DNA of 64,000 nt, taken from contig NW_024704742.1 of assembly GCF_018977255.1 (NCBI RefSeq), positions 113,710,001-113,774,000 on the forward strand, in the 5' to 3' direction. Source of the stretch: Callorhinchus milii (Eukaryota). This document shows, piece after piece, positions 61,474 to 64,000 of this stretch; the first letter of the stretch is position 1; every line of letters starts with the position of its first letter. Both the position numbers and the translations under genes were made by a program. Below the pieces are notes generated by a model that saw nothing but the letters and a program-made list of their open reading frames with translations, ran no database searches and had not been told where the DNA came from.

Positions 61474-62569
61474 CTACTTGTTATAAAGAATGCTCCCAAA
61501 ACAATAAAACCAACATCCATTTACCTTGCAAAGAATATTGTGTCGTAATTAGAATCTTACACTGATTATTTCATTTACATTATTTCAGTTCTTGGAGTGG
61601 ACACTGCAATTTACAATACCCAAACTATCAAAGTATTAAGAAACTCTTGTGTTTGAAAAAAAAGGAGCCTTTTAGCCTGCCACAAATGTTCACCCATATG
61701 TAAACTCTTGGGGTGATAATGTAAGGCTGTTCTGATCTTCGTTAGACACTGCAGCTGGCTATTATTAATGAAACTTGAATCTTACCTTAATATTAAAATA
61801 AAAAGTGCTAAATCACAATATGATGTTTAGGCCACATGGAGTTTGTTACTGCCCAACTAAAAAGGGAAAATTAAAATAACTAGTCTTGTGAACATGTGAC
61901 CTGGTTTACAAGCATTTCTCTGATACTTGAAACCTGATAATTAAGGATCAGGTCTAGTTACCAGGGGAAACAAAATTTATACTATTGTTTGGAGGGAGGA
62001 TACGTTATATAGATGAGAAGCAGATGTTTAATCATACTGAACAAGAACAGGTTTTCTACAACATATGGACAGCTATCAAAACATAATATATACAGTGCAT
62101 ACTACTTCCTTGTAACTTTGTCAACATGACTGTGCTATGAATAATATGGCATCATTGCAATATGAATCCATGGAGCTGGCCCTCCATCTGAAAAAGTCTT
62201 ATAAAACAGTGATGTTAACGGATACAACAAGGCTCTTTGTGGGACTCTGCTTATGTCAAAGGCTGCTGTCTTTAAAAAAAGTGATTACTACACTTGATGG
62301 TAAATACCTGTGAAATGTTTTTGAGACATTTTGGTGAAGTAAACTGCTAATAAAAAGCAAGGCCATCTTTATTTAAAATAATTTTTCAGTCATGTTTTCC
62401 TTTATCAGACGATAATGGATTTCTAATAAAATAAACAGGTCTTTATCATAAAAATGTCAGTTGAGATGAATTAAGAGATTATTAGAAAAGGTAGAATAGA
62501 TTGCAGACATCAACAAGGGAAATTCAATGACATTTCTTAGCTTTGCTCACAACATTTAATAGATGAAAT

Positions 62570-62925
62570 GTGTCCTTTAGGGAATGATTTGGGAACAGAG
62601 ATTACAGAGGATCAGGAAACAGCAAATATATTAAATAGATTCTTCACATCAGTGTTTACTTTGTCAAATTCCGTAACCTGTCACTTTAGGAATCTATAAC
62701 ACTCATGGACATCATCAAAGCATGTCCTCAAAAGCTCAAAACAATTAAATGTCTACAAGGCACCTGCACCAGCTGGGATCACTCTAGAATTCTCAATGGA
62801 ATGAAAGAGGAAATAGGTTTGATTTTCGTTAATATTTTTAAGATTTTTTTCCCCCGAACAAGGCAGAGCAAGCCAATCATTCCCAACCTTGCTCGGGTCC
62901 ACTGATTCCCCAACTCCCAGAGGAT
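62570..62925 (+). mobile_element. Degraded CR1 ORF2 fragment (~62570-62850) plus a short L2 piece
   Basis: ETANILNRFFTSVFT and a GxD.HSRIL..KEEI CR1 motif; cttgctcgggtccactgattcccc. Confidence 0.65.
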
Positions 62926-63407
62926 TGAGTTAAAGTTGGCCACCACTAGTCTAGACTATGCGAGTTTAAAGTCCCAACTTGGGGCTTGAACCCACAACCT
63001 TCTGACTCTGAGTTAGAAAGAAGCATATGCATTAAGGAATAAATGATATTCACCTACTTGATCTAAAAATGGATTAACAATAGAAAGCAAAAAGTAATGA
63101 AAAATGGAAATTAAGTAAGAAGCACTGTTTACATAAAAAGTTATATGCACTTATATAGCACTTTTCACACAAAAGGCAGACCTCTTCATTAAAAAAATGC
63201 ATATGTTACCAAAAAAAATGCATATGTTACAAAACTCTAAGCTAGCTGACAAGTACAAGTTTCTGGCAGGCATGGCTATTTGAGAATCCAGGTCATGAAT
63301 ACCTCATAATAAACCGTGTTATAGCTTTTCTGTCCACGGTATTCCAAACAGGGCCACAGTTGAGAGCATTGCAAAGATATTAGAAGAATAAAAGAAAGTT
63401 AACACTA

Positions 63408-63728
63408 TAATAATAATAATAATCCTTGCATTTGATATAGCGCTTTTCACGTCGGGAGGACGTCCCAAAGCGCTTCACAGAACACACTGTAAAGTGAATT
63501 GACTGCATATTTGTGGGTGAAACACGGCAGCCAATTGCGCACAGCAATGTCCCACAAACAGTCGTAGATTGAAAATGACCAATTTATTATTGTTTTTGGT
63601 TTTGGAGGGATTATTATTAGGCGTGTGGAGTAAGAAAACTTGCCCAAGGTTTCGCCCTGCCTGGAATTGAACTCAGGTCTCTCGCTTGCAAAGCGAGTGC
63701 TCTAACCACTGAGCTACAGGACTCCACT
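63408..63728 (-). mobile_element. CORE/Deu chimeric SINE, short subfamily, young full-length copy
   Basis: Near-identical reverse complement of 37390-37713. Confidence 0.94.
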
Positions 63729-64000
63729 AAAACATCACATAGAGTTTAAATATTTCCTCACAGACTCCGAGATATTTGAGCATCACATTCACTACTAGAA
63801 GGCCTATTTCTGTTCTTGAAACAAGGAAATCTCCAATTTCAGCCTTAAAACAAATCACGCTTCCTTTATCTGGGAGAATCTTATCTGTCTCATTATTGAC
63901 CATCTCAGAGAGATCAGTTATTATTTTGTAGTGAAATATTTTTTCAGTAAGGACTTAATGGCAGCTAAAATAATATTCTTTTGATTGCCGACTCTTAACA

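Noticed and set aside
63191..63232. Short tandem duplications (also ~15400, 21660, 26433, 41382)
   Set aside because: Ordinary 10-20 bp slippage duplications with no further structure.

Overview
Repeat-rich vertebrate genomic DNA, most likely from a cartilaginous fish; the DeuSINE/CORE-SINE/L2/CR1 mix suggests a holocephalan, but this is inference. The whole window lies inside the NHEJ gene XRCC4 on the minus strand. Three coding exons are supported, equivalent to human exons 4, 5 and 6 (23621-23455, 17674-17522, 16311-16184). They have canonical AG/GT sites and compatible phases (0/2, 2/2, 2/1). I could not find exons 3 and 7, so the flanking introns appear to be >40 kb and >16 kb. The rest consists of degraded L2 and CR1 LINE fragments, two L2-tailed tRNA-derived SINE lineages, older SINE relics, two candidate DNA-transposon relics and simple repeats. 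I see no convincing new multi-gene system. The best observations are: apparent loss of the CK2 phospho-Thr/FHA docking motif in XRCC4; a chimeric tRNA-Ala/CORE/Deu/L2-tail SINE; a covarying 3' stem-loop shared by L2s and SINEs; repeated L2 junctions at one SINE site; several templated-insertion or fold-back scars; and candidate alternative exons and enhancers. Repeat family names and human comparisons come from memory, not from a search, and repeat boundaries are approximate.
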